Position numbers and translations under genes: made by a program | Notes under the pieces: generated by a model | Told to the model about the DNA's origin: nothing | The model's input: only the letters and a program-made list of their open reading frames with translations | Databases searched by the model: none | Part shown: positions 47,901-60,579 of the stretch, one piece after another | How the letters are laid out: each line of letters opens with the position of its first letter | How positions within the stretch are numbered: the first letter of the stretch is position 1 | Assembly (NCBI RefSeq): GCF_009834535.1 | Contig: NC_045707.1 | Coordinates: 64,420,001-64,484,000 of the forward strand | Direction of reading: 5' to 3' | Length of the DNA: 64,000 nt | Source: Camelus ferus | Taxonomy: Eukaryota

Positions 47901-49915
47901 CTGAAATATCCAGCGCAACTTACTTGCTTCAGTTGTCCAGAAATACACAACGCAAGTGGCTTGGAGACCAGAATGGCTTGGGTTGACGGGCTAAGATTTC
48001 TGTTGCGTTTTGTAGGGAAGCTGACTTCTACCTAACAGTATTGTTCAGTTGGGGACACTTACTTGGAGGCCATCGTTTTTGCTTTCAAGCATTTTATAGG
48101 CAGGTTTCCGCCCCCCCCCACAAAAAAAATCCACAAAATGTATTAGAAAATGCATACTTTAACTCATTTAATCAGCCCGACTGTGAATATCATCTCTGAA
48201 TTCATTTTCCCACTGCAGCTACCCAAAGAATTTCACATCTGGGGACATGTTTACTGAGGTTTTTGACATAAGATCCCAACAAAATGAAGATGAGGATTTC
48301 ATATTCTGTAGGCACCTATCAGTTCATCCTCATGTCCTGTGAAATTATTATTTCAGAATAGAACCTCTCTTTGTCAGCTTTGCATTGGTTCAGGAACTCC
48401 AGTTGTGTCCGTCAAATGTAAATATCCATGCTGAAGATAACCTTTTCATCTGGTATTTTTATTGATGAGAAGTTTTCGTATAGTGAATCTGCATCTCCCT
48501 ATTCTCACTGTCATGGACAAATCACGATATCCAGGAGCCCACTGACTTTTTGTAAGATGCTTCATTGCACTAACATGCATTGCCCTTTAGAAGAATAATC
48601 CCAGTTGAGGACAAGATGTGCAGTCGTGGAATTGCCATTGTGCATTTCAATTAGGTTTTATTTTCTTACCCACAGGTCTTAAAGCTAATTGGCTCAGAGA
48701 GCTTTTGTCTTTCTGTGAAAGACAGACACATTATTATGCTATTTGCTAAGGGAAAAGAAGCATGCTTGGCACTGAGATTTCCATTGTCATTTAAATGCTA
48801 GGTAGGGTACATGTCTCCCCACGACATCCTCATTCTAGTTGAGAAGCCACTTAAATTTCAAACACATTGATCAGAAAAATGTTTTCTCAGTAAGCATTTT
48901 CAGGCAACATGAGTTTTTGGTAGAGGTTTCATATTTATTGCACATACGAGCGGCATTGTTGCCTTAAGTCAGTATTCTAGAAAATGATCCTTTAAAACTC
49001 AAGTAATTGTTTAAAAGTTAGATGATTATTTTAAAAGAGGTTTATGCATACTGACATTTTACCACTCATTTTTGCACATACCTGGAAAATAAGGAAAAAA
49101 ACCCTTTATGGAAGCAATGATATTATGTCTATATTCTTAATGACTAGATTTTTTTAATATTACAACTCAAAGTTAGAAGATACACTGGGCAGTTCTGTGG
49201 CTTGAGATTTAATAACTGCTACAAAAGAAATTCTAGGGACTGTGTGTGCTTTGAATCCTCCCATTCAACCACAGCAATTGTTTATTAATTTTAGATGATG
49301 TTTTTATTGGGACTGAACCTGAAAATAACTTCAGAGTGGATCTTTAGGGTTTAATGAACCTCAAAGATGCTTACCTGGATGTATTTATAGGGGCATAGTG
49401 CAAACAAGGAGCGATAAACCGTGAAAAGTGATGACATCGCTGGGCAAGTCCTGCTGTATTTACATGACTGCTGGAAGTTGTTTATCTTTTCCTTGTGTGG
49501 TATCTTACAAAACAAATTACTAATATGCCTTCCATTCTGAAGAGCATCTAAATAAAGTGGAAATTGGCTCACTAGCATTCTGAGTCCAGCTCTGCCCAGA
49601 TTCAATAATATATTAGTAAGGAAAAATATTAAAATCTAAAAAAGGGTTTCACAGTATCTTTAAAGAAAGTACAATATTAAGTATTGTTTATTTAGCTGCT
49701 ATGTTTAATTTTTCCCTCTCATTCTTAGCTGAATTAATTACACTGATAGATGAAACCATATTCAGTCAATTTAGCACTTACTAAGGGTCTGTACTAAAGG
49801 CTGAGACAATATAAAGTAAATACAAAGATAAAGATATTTGAAACTTTTCATCAAAGAATTTAAAATACATTGAACCAAAAATTTATAATTTAGTACTAAG
49901 AATGGGTAAGTAACT

Positions 49916-50406
49916 TGTATCCATTAGGAATGCCTTTAGCAACAGGAAACAAGATTAAATTAGCAGAAGCTCACACAATAAATCATTTTAGTTTCTCACA
50001 TGTAAGAAGTCTGGATGAGCAGAAGTCTGTAGATGAGGTCAGACTTAATAGTTCAACCATGTCCCATCCCTTCATTTGCCATCCTTAGCGTACGCTTCTG
50101 ACCTCGCTGGTTTCCACCTCATGATTGCAAGGTAGCTGCCACATCTCTGAGCATCATATCAATGTTCAAAGCAGGAGAAGAGGCAGAGAACTCTCTTCTG
50201 GTCCTGCCTCTTTTATGAGGAGATGTAAGCTAACGTATTAAGTGTTCTGCCTATAGTTCTGAACCATGCCACGTGACCACACTTAGCCACAACAAAGGCT
50301 CAGAAACGAGTCCTTAGTTTTTCCAACCCCTTTGTGGGAAGTGGCAAGGGAGAAAGAAGGGACTTGAGAATTGCTGTTGGGTCAGTCTCCCAGTAATATC
50401 TCCACA
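49916..50406 (-). mobile_element. Old MaLR LTR (MLT1K/L-like)
   Basis: TG...CA termini. 'ttctcacatgtaagaagtctgg', 'cctcatgattgcaaggtagctgcc', 'ccacgtgaccacacttagcc'. Confidence 0.75.
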
Positions 50407-51105
50407 TGGGACCAACTAGAAAAGGCAGAAAGAAATTAGAGCAATTTCGGATCTGGGATAAGGGTATCTTGGATGTGGTACTTAGGCTGGGACTTTTAGG
50501 ATAAGCAAGATGTGATAAAGGAGTTGCAGGCTACAAGACCATTCAGAACAGAATAAGCCAAGGAAAGGGAGGGAGATATAAATGACATGGCTTGTCTGGA
50601 GACTGAGCAAAATGTCTGGCTCTAAGGGACTGTACAAAAGTTCTGGTGGGGAAGTTGTGTGCTGAGAATTTACAAAGGGATTTGGAGGTTCATTTATAGA
50701 GGACTTTTACTGTTGTGCCAAGTAGTTTAACTTTCAGTGGTTTCCCAGAACCTGCGAAGTCTTTTGATAATTTGGACCTAATCTGCTTTGCTTTCCCATT
50801 CCTTCCTGATGCTATACCCCAGATATATGACTACACCGTTGGTCAAACTGGATTTCTTATCAGCTCCCCCTCCAAAACACAGAAACACAAACAAACAAAA
50901 AGCAAAAACCAAGGCTCTCTTTCTATAGCCATGTAAAACCCCCTGCTGTGGATTCTACTGAAATCTTCTACTCACCCCTTTCCAAACTGAAGTTCTACCC
51001 ACCAAGGCCCCGCCCATCAAGAGATGTAGTGGAATCATCTCCAATCACCTTAACTGTATCTAGTCCCTCTTTTAAACTCTTACAGTATTTTACCTGTTTT
51101 GGTCC

Positions 51106-51534
51106 TGTGTTGAGAAGGATGAGCTAGGGCAGAGAGCCAAGCTCCCAGCCGAGGTGCAAAGACTGGCAAGAATGATGACTTAGTTCAAAGTTGCTTTCAT
51201 TTCAGATGATTCCCAAGCAGGCAGTCAAGCAGGGCCAGGGATACACACAGGACTAGGAAGCCAGTCAGTGGACGTAGCTCCCTGGTTTCTCCCTGGTCCC
51301 TCTTGAAGTCATGTCTGGAGTTGAGTGATCAACTCGGATCTAGAGGGGTAAGAAAGCTACCAGATCTGAGGCCTGCAGATTCAGTGCCTTTTATACACTT
51401 GGCCAGGGGAGGGACCACATCAGCACTTCAGGGTCTATCTATGACCACGTAAATGATTTTTTTTTTTTGCTTTGGTATAATTACATTCCACATTCTTTTT
51501 CTGGCCAGGAACCCATGCACACGATCTTACCACA
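51106..51534 (-). mobile_element. Probable old ERVL-type solo LTR inserted in L2
   Basis: TG...CA bounded ~430-bp block with a minus-strand TATAAAA ('cttttata' ~51388), flanked on both sides by L2-like sequence. Confidence 0.45.
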
Positions 51535-51574
51535 TACTTTTTCTAACATTAGAGTTATTTATGTATGTCTAGTA

Positions 51575-51790
51575 GACATTGTGACACAATGGTTAAGAGC
51601 GTAAACGCTTGAGTCAAATTACCAGAATTTACATCTCACTCCACCACTTACAAGCTCTGTGATCTTGAGCACTGCACCTCAGTTCCCTCATCTGTGCAGT
51701 GGGAACAATAATGGTGTCCATCTCGTTTGGTGGTTGTGAGGATTAAAGGAGATAGTCTATGGCTCTTTAAGCCAGTGCCTCAGGTTGGTT
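51575..51790 (+). mobile_element. MIR SINE
   Basis: 'ccaccacttacaagctctgtgatcttgagc...cctcagttccctcatctgt...gttgtgaggattaaa'. Confidence 0.85.
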
Positions 51791-52059
51791 GATGTCATTT
51801 GTCAAATTTAGATCATCCTCTGAGGGAGAAGACTATCTCATTCATATGTTGTGTATCATATTTAAAGTTTTCTATGCGAACAATAAATATTTGAGAAATC
51901 AATGAATGGATGACTGAATTCATCAATTTCAGTGTTCCACGGCTCTAAAAATAAGAGCAACCAATGACACAGGGTGGCAGTAGAAATTTAAGATGAATGG
52001 GCTTGTCTCAAACTCAGAAGATCATTCGTCCCATTAAGGGGCAGCCAGCTCCACTAAGA

Positions 52060-52550
52060 AACTGCTGGTGCAAGTGTACATTTTATGCCTTCCCTGGAAG
52101 GCAATTTGGCAAAACTATCAGAAGTTCTACCAAAAATCATTGATTTTGACCCAATAATTCTAATTCTATAAATTTTAAGAAAGTAACACAAGAAGTGCAC
52201 CAAGAGTGTTGTAGGAGAAAATGGAAACAACATAAACATTCATCAATAAGGATTCATTAAATAAATTTTTAAAATTTTATATAATGATAAGACAAGCTAA
52301 TTTTGACTGAGAAAATGACATTCTATATTCAGTGAAAACAAAAGTATAACATCATAGCGTGGAAGCTGATTTCTTTATAAAAAGTAATAATAGTAATAAG
52401 AATATATAATATCTTGTTTATGTGTGAGAAAACAAGCCTGGGTGAGGAAACCATAAAATATTAGTTGCTGTCTTTTAGGGAAAATATGAATGGTCTTTAT
52501 TTTTTTTAATTCACACTTTTTAAAAAAAATTTTTCACAATGACAGAAAAA
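52060..52550 (+). mobile_element. Ancient L1 (L1ME-like) 3' remnant
   Basis: 'actgctggtgcaagtgtac...tggaaggcaatttggcaaaactatc...ttttgacccaataattc'. Confidence 0.65.
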
Positions 52551-52960
52551 AATAAAGCTTTCTTTATGTAAAAGCTGTCATCTTGAAACTTCAGTTTTTA
52601 CAATCACCCGTGTAATGGCCTGTGGTTCCCAGCATGTTCACACATTCATCAAGGCTGTCAACAGTCTGTCTTTGGCTGTGAAGGCAGTGGGTGGTGTGGC
52701 GGAAGCAAAAAACCAAGAAGCAGATTGATTCTAACAGACCCATTTCTGTTGTTACCCTCCCTTGTGGCCTTGGGCATACTTTCTTCAGTTGTAAAGAGCC
52801 ATATGGATTTTCATATAATAAATATTACTATGAAATGTGGGTAACTTTACTTGCTGTGTAAGTAGCTAGCATCAGGGGTCTTTAAATGCTAGAACAAAAT
52901 AGCCCTAACCCGCTTACTGTAAAGAACCTAGTAGGAATTAAAAAGCCAAATTTGGAGTTA

Positions 52961-52999
52961 ACACACACACACACACACACACGCACACACACACACGCA
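52961..52999. repeat. (CA)n microsatellite
   Basis: Directly visible, with two CG interruptions. Confidence 0.95.
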
Positions 53000-53609
53000 C
53001 AGGGCCAGGACCAGGGGGAGGCAAAAGAGGCACTCAGTGCACAAAATGTAATGAGGCACTTGTTAGAACCGGAGAGAAAGGGTCAGAGACAGCTCAATGG
53101 CAGAGTCAGGTTTATTGTGAGAAACCTACAGAGGGGGTGGCCAGTCAGACTGGAACCCACTCCCTGCGTACAGGCTTGGTTATTTATGCCTGGGGGTAGG
53201 AGCTGATTGGTGGGTTCTTATGCATATGAGGGATTCTGAAAGTGAAAGAGGCGTGTCTGAAAGAGAGGGGCGTGTCTGAAAGGGAGAGGGGCGTGTCTGA
53301 AAGGGAGATGGGTGTGCTGGAGGAATTCTCTCACCAGTAGTTCTCACTCTGGTCGGGGGAGGCTTTTACAGGCAAAAGGTGGAAGTTGTGGCTTGTGGTC
53401 GGCTCAGCTTGTTTCGAAATGGCGGCAGATCACCAAAATGGAGTTGGTCTTGTCTGTTAGCACTCAGTCTCCGGGTTGAGTTGAGTTCAAGTATTTGGCA
53501 TTTTGGGGATTAGAAATGGGATTAGAATCAGACGATCTGAATGACCCTGAGAGTGAGTGCCTCCTTACATCTTGTACCTTACGTACCTCTTCCCCTAGTC
53601 CCTGCTGTG
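53000..53609. mobile_element. MER96-like hAT-Tip100 MITE split by an LTR
   Basis: Left arm cagggccaggaccagggggaggcaaaagaggcactc. Right arm 'ccctgagagtgagtgcctcctta...ccctagtccc' is its inverted counterpart. Confidence 0.7.
53061..53459 (-). mobile_element. Relatively young ERV solo LTR
   Basis: GCACT TSD at 53056-53060 and 53460-53464. Minus-strand order is YY1 sites, tandem repeats, CCAAT (53206-10), TATA-like ATAAATA (53181-87), AATAAA (53111-16), terminal CA. Confidence 0.85.
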
Positions 53610-53739
53610 CATAAGCATGTGGGCACACACACACACAGGTGTGCACACAGATTTGCACACACTCACACATTTCAGCAGCAGTCCAGGAAAAGAAATGACA
53701 AATATTTCTGTAGAGTGATTGTCAATTCTGTAATGTCTC

Positions 53740-54140
53740 CTTATCAAATATATAGAAATGACCTGATTACACATAGGAAGAAGAAACTGCTCTGTCTTCT
53801 GATAGTTGAAAATCTCTTTACTCAAACACTATCCTGTCCTTTTTACTTCCAGATGATCCCCATTCTGTTTCTTCATGGACATTATTATCTTCTTGGCATG
53901 ACCCCAGAATTCCCACATTAGAGTCCATAGAAACTGTAGTAAAAGTTCCCATCCAGTGGTCTAGTGCATCTTCCATACATCTTCTTACCATAAGCTTCAA
54001 GCTTCACAAGTTTGGAGAGCAATGCCTGTTGCCCTCTGTCTACTTTAATTCACATACTGCTTTTTTCTTAGTGTTTCCATTTAGATTTAGTATCCAAATC
54101 TGGACATTGAACTTGGTGTTGACCTGGCAACCTCAGAGGA
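53740..54140. mobile_element. Probable CR1/L3 remnant
   Basis: 'ttacttccagatgatccccattctg' and 'tccaaatctggacattgaacttggtgttgacctg' are L3-like. Confidence 0.4.
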
Positions 54141-54754
54141 TGCTTCTTTTGGTATTACCTCACTAGTCTTTTCTCTGTGATCTGAAGCTGCTAACTCCCC
54201 CATGCCCAGAGTAGGTCCTTGAATCCATTAGTTAGACGGTCTTGAAGTAGTGGAATTGGCAGGGTGCTGCGGGGATTGTGGGGACAAGACAGCAGTTTAA
54301 CATGACCGTTCTCTTTGGTGCACAGGCAGGTAGCAAGTGTTTCAGTGACAAAACTTCAGCATGACCCCAAAGCAAAAATTTACTTTTATAAGATATGGTA
54401 GCTATCCTTTCTAAATTTTGATTTTGAAGATAAAATTAACAGTTTAGCCTTATGAAATTAGACGCTATGTAGGTATGTGATATAAACCAAATCTACATGA
54501 TAATTCACCCAAATACTCATTCATTCACATGACTTGAGGTAGGTCATTCTGACATATGTAGACCAGAAGTTTCATTTATATTGCTATTTTAGTCTTAATC
54601 TTTTGTAAAATAAGAGATTTCCAAGGCATATATTGGCAGAAATTTACTCAACACTGAAAGCAGTTACTTATTATGTTCTCATAAAATCATATATTGAAAA
54701 TGTAGCACGAAGTATAAACACCAACTATAGATGTTGCTCACAAAGAGTAAAGAT

Positions 54755-54905
54755 TCCTGGCATGGAGTTTTGAAAACTTGGGTAAGAGCCCCAGATCTCC
54801 CGATAGCTGTGTGACCTCAGATGGGAAGCTACTTTCCTCTGAGTTTGGTAAAATGTATCAGTAAATTGAGGGAGAGAAGACAGCATAATTTCTAAGATCC
54901 CATTA
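54755..54905 (+). mobile_element. MIR remnant
   Basis: 'tagctgtgtgacctcagatgggaagctactttcctctgag...tttctaagatccc'. Confidence 0.6.
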
Positions 54906-55552
54906 CATTAACATGCCTTGCTTCTTAGCTGTTATCTAACCAGTGTCTGCAAAACGTATAACAGTGCACTTGGAACTAATTACAAAATCACTGCCCAGTC
55001 ATTGCCATTAATATGCAAAGCCATTTTAAGTGTTATGTCATATACCTGATTCCTATAACTATATATCAATTTACATCTCACAAAATATGGCTTCTTCTAC
55101 ACAGCCCTCTTCAATATAATTTGCACATCATTGCCTGATAGAGTAAATGAAACAGTATTTTATGAATCATGAAAGGACATCTGTGAAAATATTACTCTTA
55201 ATAAAATTGTATTAATTTAACAAATTATGTTTGCAAAGACAGCTGTTTTAAGCTGGTGTGGCTTGCATTTTGTGAGTCATTCAATAATTACTTTAGTATT
55301 ATCATTCATTTCATTCCAGTGAGGACTCCATGTAACCTAACAGTTTTTCTTTGCTGTCAGACAAGTGAGCTAAAGCAAAGGATGACAATTATTTTGGTTG
55401 TACAAGCATTCTGTTCAGCAATGTGGGTGAAAGACAAACTGACTCTTACTGGCTTCTGATAAATATTCTCTCAATTTTGTAACCACAGTCTACTCTGCTA
55501 CATCCCCACACCATCTGTTTTTACCTTCATGTCTGTAGGATAAGAGCCAAAA

Positions 55553-57121
55553 CTTTTTTTTTTAACATTTTCTACTGATTTATAATCATTTTACAATGTT
55601 GTGTCAAATTCCAGTGTAGAGCACAATTTTTCAGTTATACATGAACATATATATGTTCATTGTCACATTTTTTTCTCTGTGAGCTACCATAAGATCTTGT
55701 ATATATTTCCCTGTGCTATACAGTATAATCTTGTTTATCTATTCTACATTTTGAAATCCCACTCTATCCCTTCCCACCCCCCCCCCCCTGGCAACCACAA
55801 GTTTGTATTCTATGTCTATGAGTCTGTTTCTGTTTTGTATTTATGTTTTGTTTGTTTTTGTTTGTTTTTTTTTTTTTAGATTCCACATATAAGCGATCTC
55901 ATATGGTATTTTTCTTTCTCTTTCTGGTTTATTTCACTTAGAATGACATTCTCCAGGAGCATCCATGTTGCTGCAAATGGCATTATGCTGTCGGTTTTTA
56001 TGGCTGAATAGTATTCCATTGTATTAATATACCACATCTTCTTTATCCAATCATCTGTTGATGGACATTTAGGCTGTTTCCATGTCTTGGCTATTGTAAA
56101 TAGTGCTGCTATGAACATTGGGGTGCAGGTGTCATTTTGGAGTAGGATTCCTTCTGGATATATGCCCAGGAGCAGGATTCCTGGGTCATATGGTAAGTCT
56201 ATTCCTAGTCTTTTGAGGAATCTCCATACTGTTTTCCACAGTGGCTGCACCAAACTGCATTCCCACCAGCAGTGTAGGAGGATTCCCTTTTCTCCACAGC
56301 CTCTGCAGCATTTGCCATTTGTGGATTTTTGAATGATGGCCATTCTGACTGGTGTGAGGTGATACCTCATTGTAGTTTTGATTTGCATTTCTCTGATAAT
56401 TAGTGATATTGAGCATTTTTTCACGTGCCTGTTGATCATTTGTATGTCTTCCTTGGAGAATTGCTTGTTTAGGTCTTCTGCCCATTTTTGGATTGGGTTG
56501 TTTGTTTTTTTCATATTAAGTCATATGAGCTGCTTATATATTCTGGAGATCAAGCCTTTGTCAGTTTCATTTGCAAAAATTTTCTCCCATTCCGTAGGTT
56601 GTCTTTTTGTTTTGCTTATGGTTTCCTTTGCTGTGCAGAAGCTTATAAGTTTCATTAGGTCCCATTTGTTTATTCTTGCTTTTATTTCTATTGCTTGAGT
56701 AGACTGTTCTAGGAGAACATTTTTGAGATGTATGTCAGATAATGTTTTGCCTATATTTTCTTCTAGGAGGTTTATTGTATCTTGTCTTATGTTTTTTAAG
56801 TCTTTGATCCATTTTGAGTTTATTTTTGTGTATGGTGTAAGGTAGTGTTCTAGCTTCATTGTTTTACATGCTGCTGTCCAGTTTTCCTAACATCATTTGC
56901 TGAAGAGACTGTCTTTATTCCATTGTATATTCTTGCCTCCTTTGTCGAAGATTAGTTGACCAAAAGTTTGTGGGTTCATTTCTGGGCTCTCTATTCCATT
57001 GGCCTATATTTCTGTTTTTGTACCAATACCATGCTGTCTTGATTACTGTAACTCTATAGTATTGTTTGAAGTCTGGGAGAGTTATTCCTCCAGCCTCTTT
57101 CTTTTTCTTCAGTAATACTTT
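55553..57121 (-). mobile_element. Young 5'-truncated L1 (ORF2 3' third, 3' UTR, polyA) with TSD
   Basis: PolyT at 55554-63, G-rich 3' UTR (C-run ~55777), well-preserved ORF2 frames. TSD gagccaaaa at 55544-55552 and 57122-57130. Confidence 0.97.
55876..57121 (-). pseudogene. L1 ORF2p C-terminal remnant including the CCHC region, disrupted
   Basis: ORFs 56521-56859 ([15 protein letters not shown]...) and 55876-56514 ([18 protein letters not shown]...TWKQPKCP...RSLICGI*). No EN or RT domain, broken by a stop and frameshifts. Confidence 0.92.
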
Positions 57122-57235
57122 GAGCCAAAATATTCTACAGACTCAAGGAGGCTGTAGGAGAGAGAAGAGTTCAATCACAAGAACTCTGAAAAAAAAAAAC
57201 TGTTTTTTTTATCAGTGTCAATATTATTAGATGGG

Positions 57236-57736
57236 TGTATTAATCTAGGTTCTCCAGAAAAACAGAACCAATAGGACGTATGCTTATATATGTGTGTGTA
57301 TAAAGATTTGTTGTAAGGAATTATCTCACATGGTTATGAAGGCTAAGAAGTTCCAAGATCTGAAGTTGGCAAGCAGGAGACCCAGAAGAGCTAATGATAT
57401 AGTTTCAGAATGAGCTTGAAGGCCTGAGAACCAGGAAAGCCAGTGGTGTAAGTACTAGTCCAAGTCCAAGTCCTAAAACAGGAGATCAATGTCCCAGCTG
57501 GAAAGCACATAAGCAGAGAGACCAAATTCTCTCTTACTCAGTCTTCCTGTTCTATTCAGGCCTTCAGTGGGTGAGGCCCGTCCACGTGGGAGAGGGCCAT
57601 CTGTTTTACTCAGTCTACCAACTCAATGTTACTCTCGTCCCGAAACACCTTCACAGACACGTCCAGAAGAACAGTCAACCGAATATCCGGACACCCTGTG
57701 GCCTAATCAAATTGACATACAAAATTAACCATCACC
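57236..57736 (-). mobile_element. ERVL solo LTR (MLT2B-like) with 5-bp TSD
   Basis: tgtattaatctaggttctccagaaaaacagaaccaatagga...ttgacatacaaaattaaccatcac. ATGGG at 57231-35 and 57737-41. Confidence 0.92.
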
Positions 57737-57754
57737 ATGGGCAATCTAAGATTG

Positions 57755-58200
57755 TAGAATCAACTCTGTCCATTTAAAGCTAAGAAAGCTGAACTCCAGA
57801 GAGATACAATGACTACCCAACTCGTGCAGTTAGTGGGTGATCCTGGATCATAACCTAAATCTTTATAATTTATAATATATATAAGTATATTTTCATTCAA
57901 CTCTCATTCTACTATACCACAGTAGTTCTTTTTAAAAATTGCCGTTCAAATTAATTCAAATACAGTCTTCTCTATGTTAATCTCATCTGTGTGTGTGTGT
58001 GTAGGGGGAAGAATGCTCATGACTTAATAGATAAGTGATCTTAGGAAAGTCATGAACATTCTTGAGCCTCAGTTTCCTCACTTGTCAGTGAGGATGCTCA
58101 TTGTACCGACCTTATGAATTTGCTGTGAAGATTAATTAGGCCAGTGGGTTACAGTGAGTGGAACATAGCAGGTGCTACTGACCACTAGCTCTTATTATTA
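57755..58200. mobile_element. Two MIR remnants (minus ~57755-57920, plus ~58015-58200)
   Basis: 'aagaaagctgaactccagagagatacaatgactaccc' and 'cttgagcctcagtttcctcacttgt...gtgaagattaa'. Confidence 0.7.
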
Positions 58201-59649
58201 ATGTTGATATAACATCTCATATGTTCAAGTTGTTCCTTATTCCTATCCTCAGCCCCATCCTCCTCTGCCCTAATCACTGGCCTGGTACTTCAGCTGCTTC
58301 CTTTTTCTCTGTGATACTGTATCTCATTCTGTAAATGCTCAGGTATTTCACAGTCAAGCTGTACAACCACAGACAGAAAAAAAATGTCTGTATATCTGGA
58401 ATGTCGTGGTCCAAGGGAAAAGCGACTCAGACAAGCTTGGAGAGGCAGGTCATTTTTGGGTATTTTATTATGACTATTTTTGTTAGGTTTTGGGTTTTTG
58501 CTTTAGCAAAACAGCCAAACCAGTGTGTGGACCCTCACTCACTACAGTTTGCAGCTGTGCATCTTAGCAACACATTCCAATGTGGGTGTCATTTTCCAGG
58601 TAACCTGGGCATTAAGAGAGCCCAGAACTCCCTAGGCGTTCCTGTATGTTATTTGTATTGTTGTGACCCTTGGCGCCTTGTGAATCACCTGTTACAATGT
58701 TATTTATGATGAGCAGCTAATAAAAAGGACTGGCAGAGGGACCTGATGTGCTGGTCTCTGAGATGATGCCCCACGACCTGTCCTGCTGTGTGACAAAGTG
58801 CTTGTGATGTGGATTATTTTGAGTGCTGTAAATTTACATACAAAGGCTTGAACAGGGCTTCTTTTATGAAAACCCATCTCTTCGCTGAAATGATTTATAC
58901 ATATTTGAAGTGCTCTCATTTTTCTCATCAACAAGGATATTTTCTGATGTTTATTTCTCAGAAAGAGTTGACTTTTTTGTTACTAAGCAAAACTTCCGTA
59001 TACATATGAAACCTATACATATCCAGGTGAACATATATGTCCATGATGGGAAGAAAAAAAATCAGTGCTGTCCTAATGACAAAGAAATGATTATCACTCC
59101 TGGACATTGTTTTTTGTTAAGAAGTACATATTGGCTTCTTCCATGGCTCTCAACTTCTATCAGACATCATCTTAATAGGATATCTTAATTCAATACATAA
59201 AGGTAAACTGTTATTTCAGAGGAACCAAATTTGTGATACTTGGAACTCAATCAGAATCTTTAACTTCTGATGAGTTAAGAAGAACTTAGTCAAGCAGTTA
59301 TAAAATAATGCATGGTGTGGTGGTGTGTCTAGATTTGAGTGTGTTTTATTTAATGTGGGTACATATAATACACAAGACATGTGTATACGTATTTAATACA
59401 TAGAGACAGAGACCCTACATGGCTAAATGGTATAGTTGGGTCTGTAGGTATACTGGAGTGCTCTTTGAAGATAAGATTAGTGTACAGGTGTGGCCAGGGA
59501 GATAAGTGGACCTTAGACTTCTCTTCCCCTGATTGAAAGGTTAGATGCTGTTAAAAGCTGCTCAGGGAGTCCCTTGTGCAGGGTCTCTAGACAACTGTTT
59601 GTTATTTTCTGCTTCCTTCCACTCTTTGGTATCTTCTCTTTGCTTCCGT

Positions 59650-60530
59650 TTGTCTGTTCAACAAAAAAATTTATTGAGCATCTACTTATGTGCCAGGAAC
59701 TATGATGGGCGCTGGGATGAACAAAATAAATGTGGCTTACTCTTCAAATTGTTAACATTCAGAGAAACACATAAAGTAAAGGCATAAATGTAGTTGTTAA
59801 GAGATCGTAATAAGACCTATGAAAGAAACACACAGGTTATTGATAAGGAGTTTGTGTGGAGGGTGGGAGAGGAGTGCCTCTTTGATAAGATGGTGAGAGT
59901 GGCCTCCATGAGGGTGGACACTTGAGCCAAGACCTGAAGAAAGAGAGAAAAGCAGCATTTCAAGATTTGCCAGAACAATATTACAAACAGAAGGAACAGC
60001 CAGTAAAAGCGTTTGCAAAGCAGAAAGGATGCCAGTGTGGACGAAGAGACGAAGATAGGGTTAGTGAGGTGAGCTGGAGACAGAGATACGTAGGGCTTCG
60101 TAGGCCAGGGTGAGAAGTTGGTACTTTCTTCTAAAAGCAGTGGGAAGGAAGCCTTAACGAGGTTTTGCATGGAATAGATGTGATCTTACTTACTTTTTTT
60201 TTAGCCAGGTTTTTTTTTTCATTATTGAAGTATAGTCAGTTACAATGTGTCGATTTCTGGTGTACAGCACAACATCCCAGTCATACATATGCAAATATTT
60301 GTTTTCACATTCTTTTTCATTAAAGGTTATTACAAGGTTCCCTGTGCTATACAATAGAAACTTGTTTTTTTAACCTGTTTTTATACATAGTGGCTAACAT
60401 TTGCAGATCTCAAACATTTTTAAGGGTCTCTTGATGCTGTGTGAAGAAGGGATTGGAAAGGAACAAGAAAGGAAGCAGAGATGCTATAACAGTATCCCAA
60501 TATGTAGATAATGGCAGTTTGAACCATCAT
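59650..60530 (-). mobile_element. L2 3' portion interrupted by an L1 tail
   Basis: 'ttcaacaaaaaaatttattgagcatctacttatgtgccagg' and 'gacacttgagccaagacctgaag'. Confidence 0.85.
60194..60414 (-). mobile_element. Short L1 3' end (camelid/artiodactyl type)
   Basis: PolyT, then 'attgaagtatagtcagttacaatgtgtcgatttctggtgtacagc...gttccctgtgctatac'. Confidence 0.85.
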
Positions 60531-60579
60531 CTCATATAGATACACATACATGATTATTAAGTGGCTGCTGCCTTAAGTT

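Noticed and set aside
49370..49500. Minus-strand splice donor (CAG|GTAAG) next to TATAAATA
   Set aside because: Isolated short motifs with no matching acceptor or credible reading frame.
53236..53310. Short direct repeats resembling a CRISPR array
   Set aside because: No unique spacers and no cas genes. These are U3 enhancer repeats in a mammalian LTR.
55876..56514. 212-aa ORF as a functional gene
   Set aside because: C-terminal fragment of L1 ORF2p in a 5'-truncated insertion with upstream disruptions.
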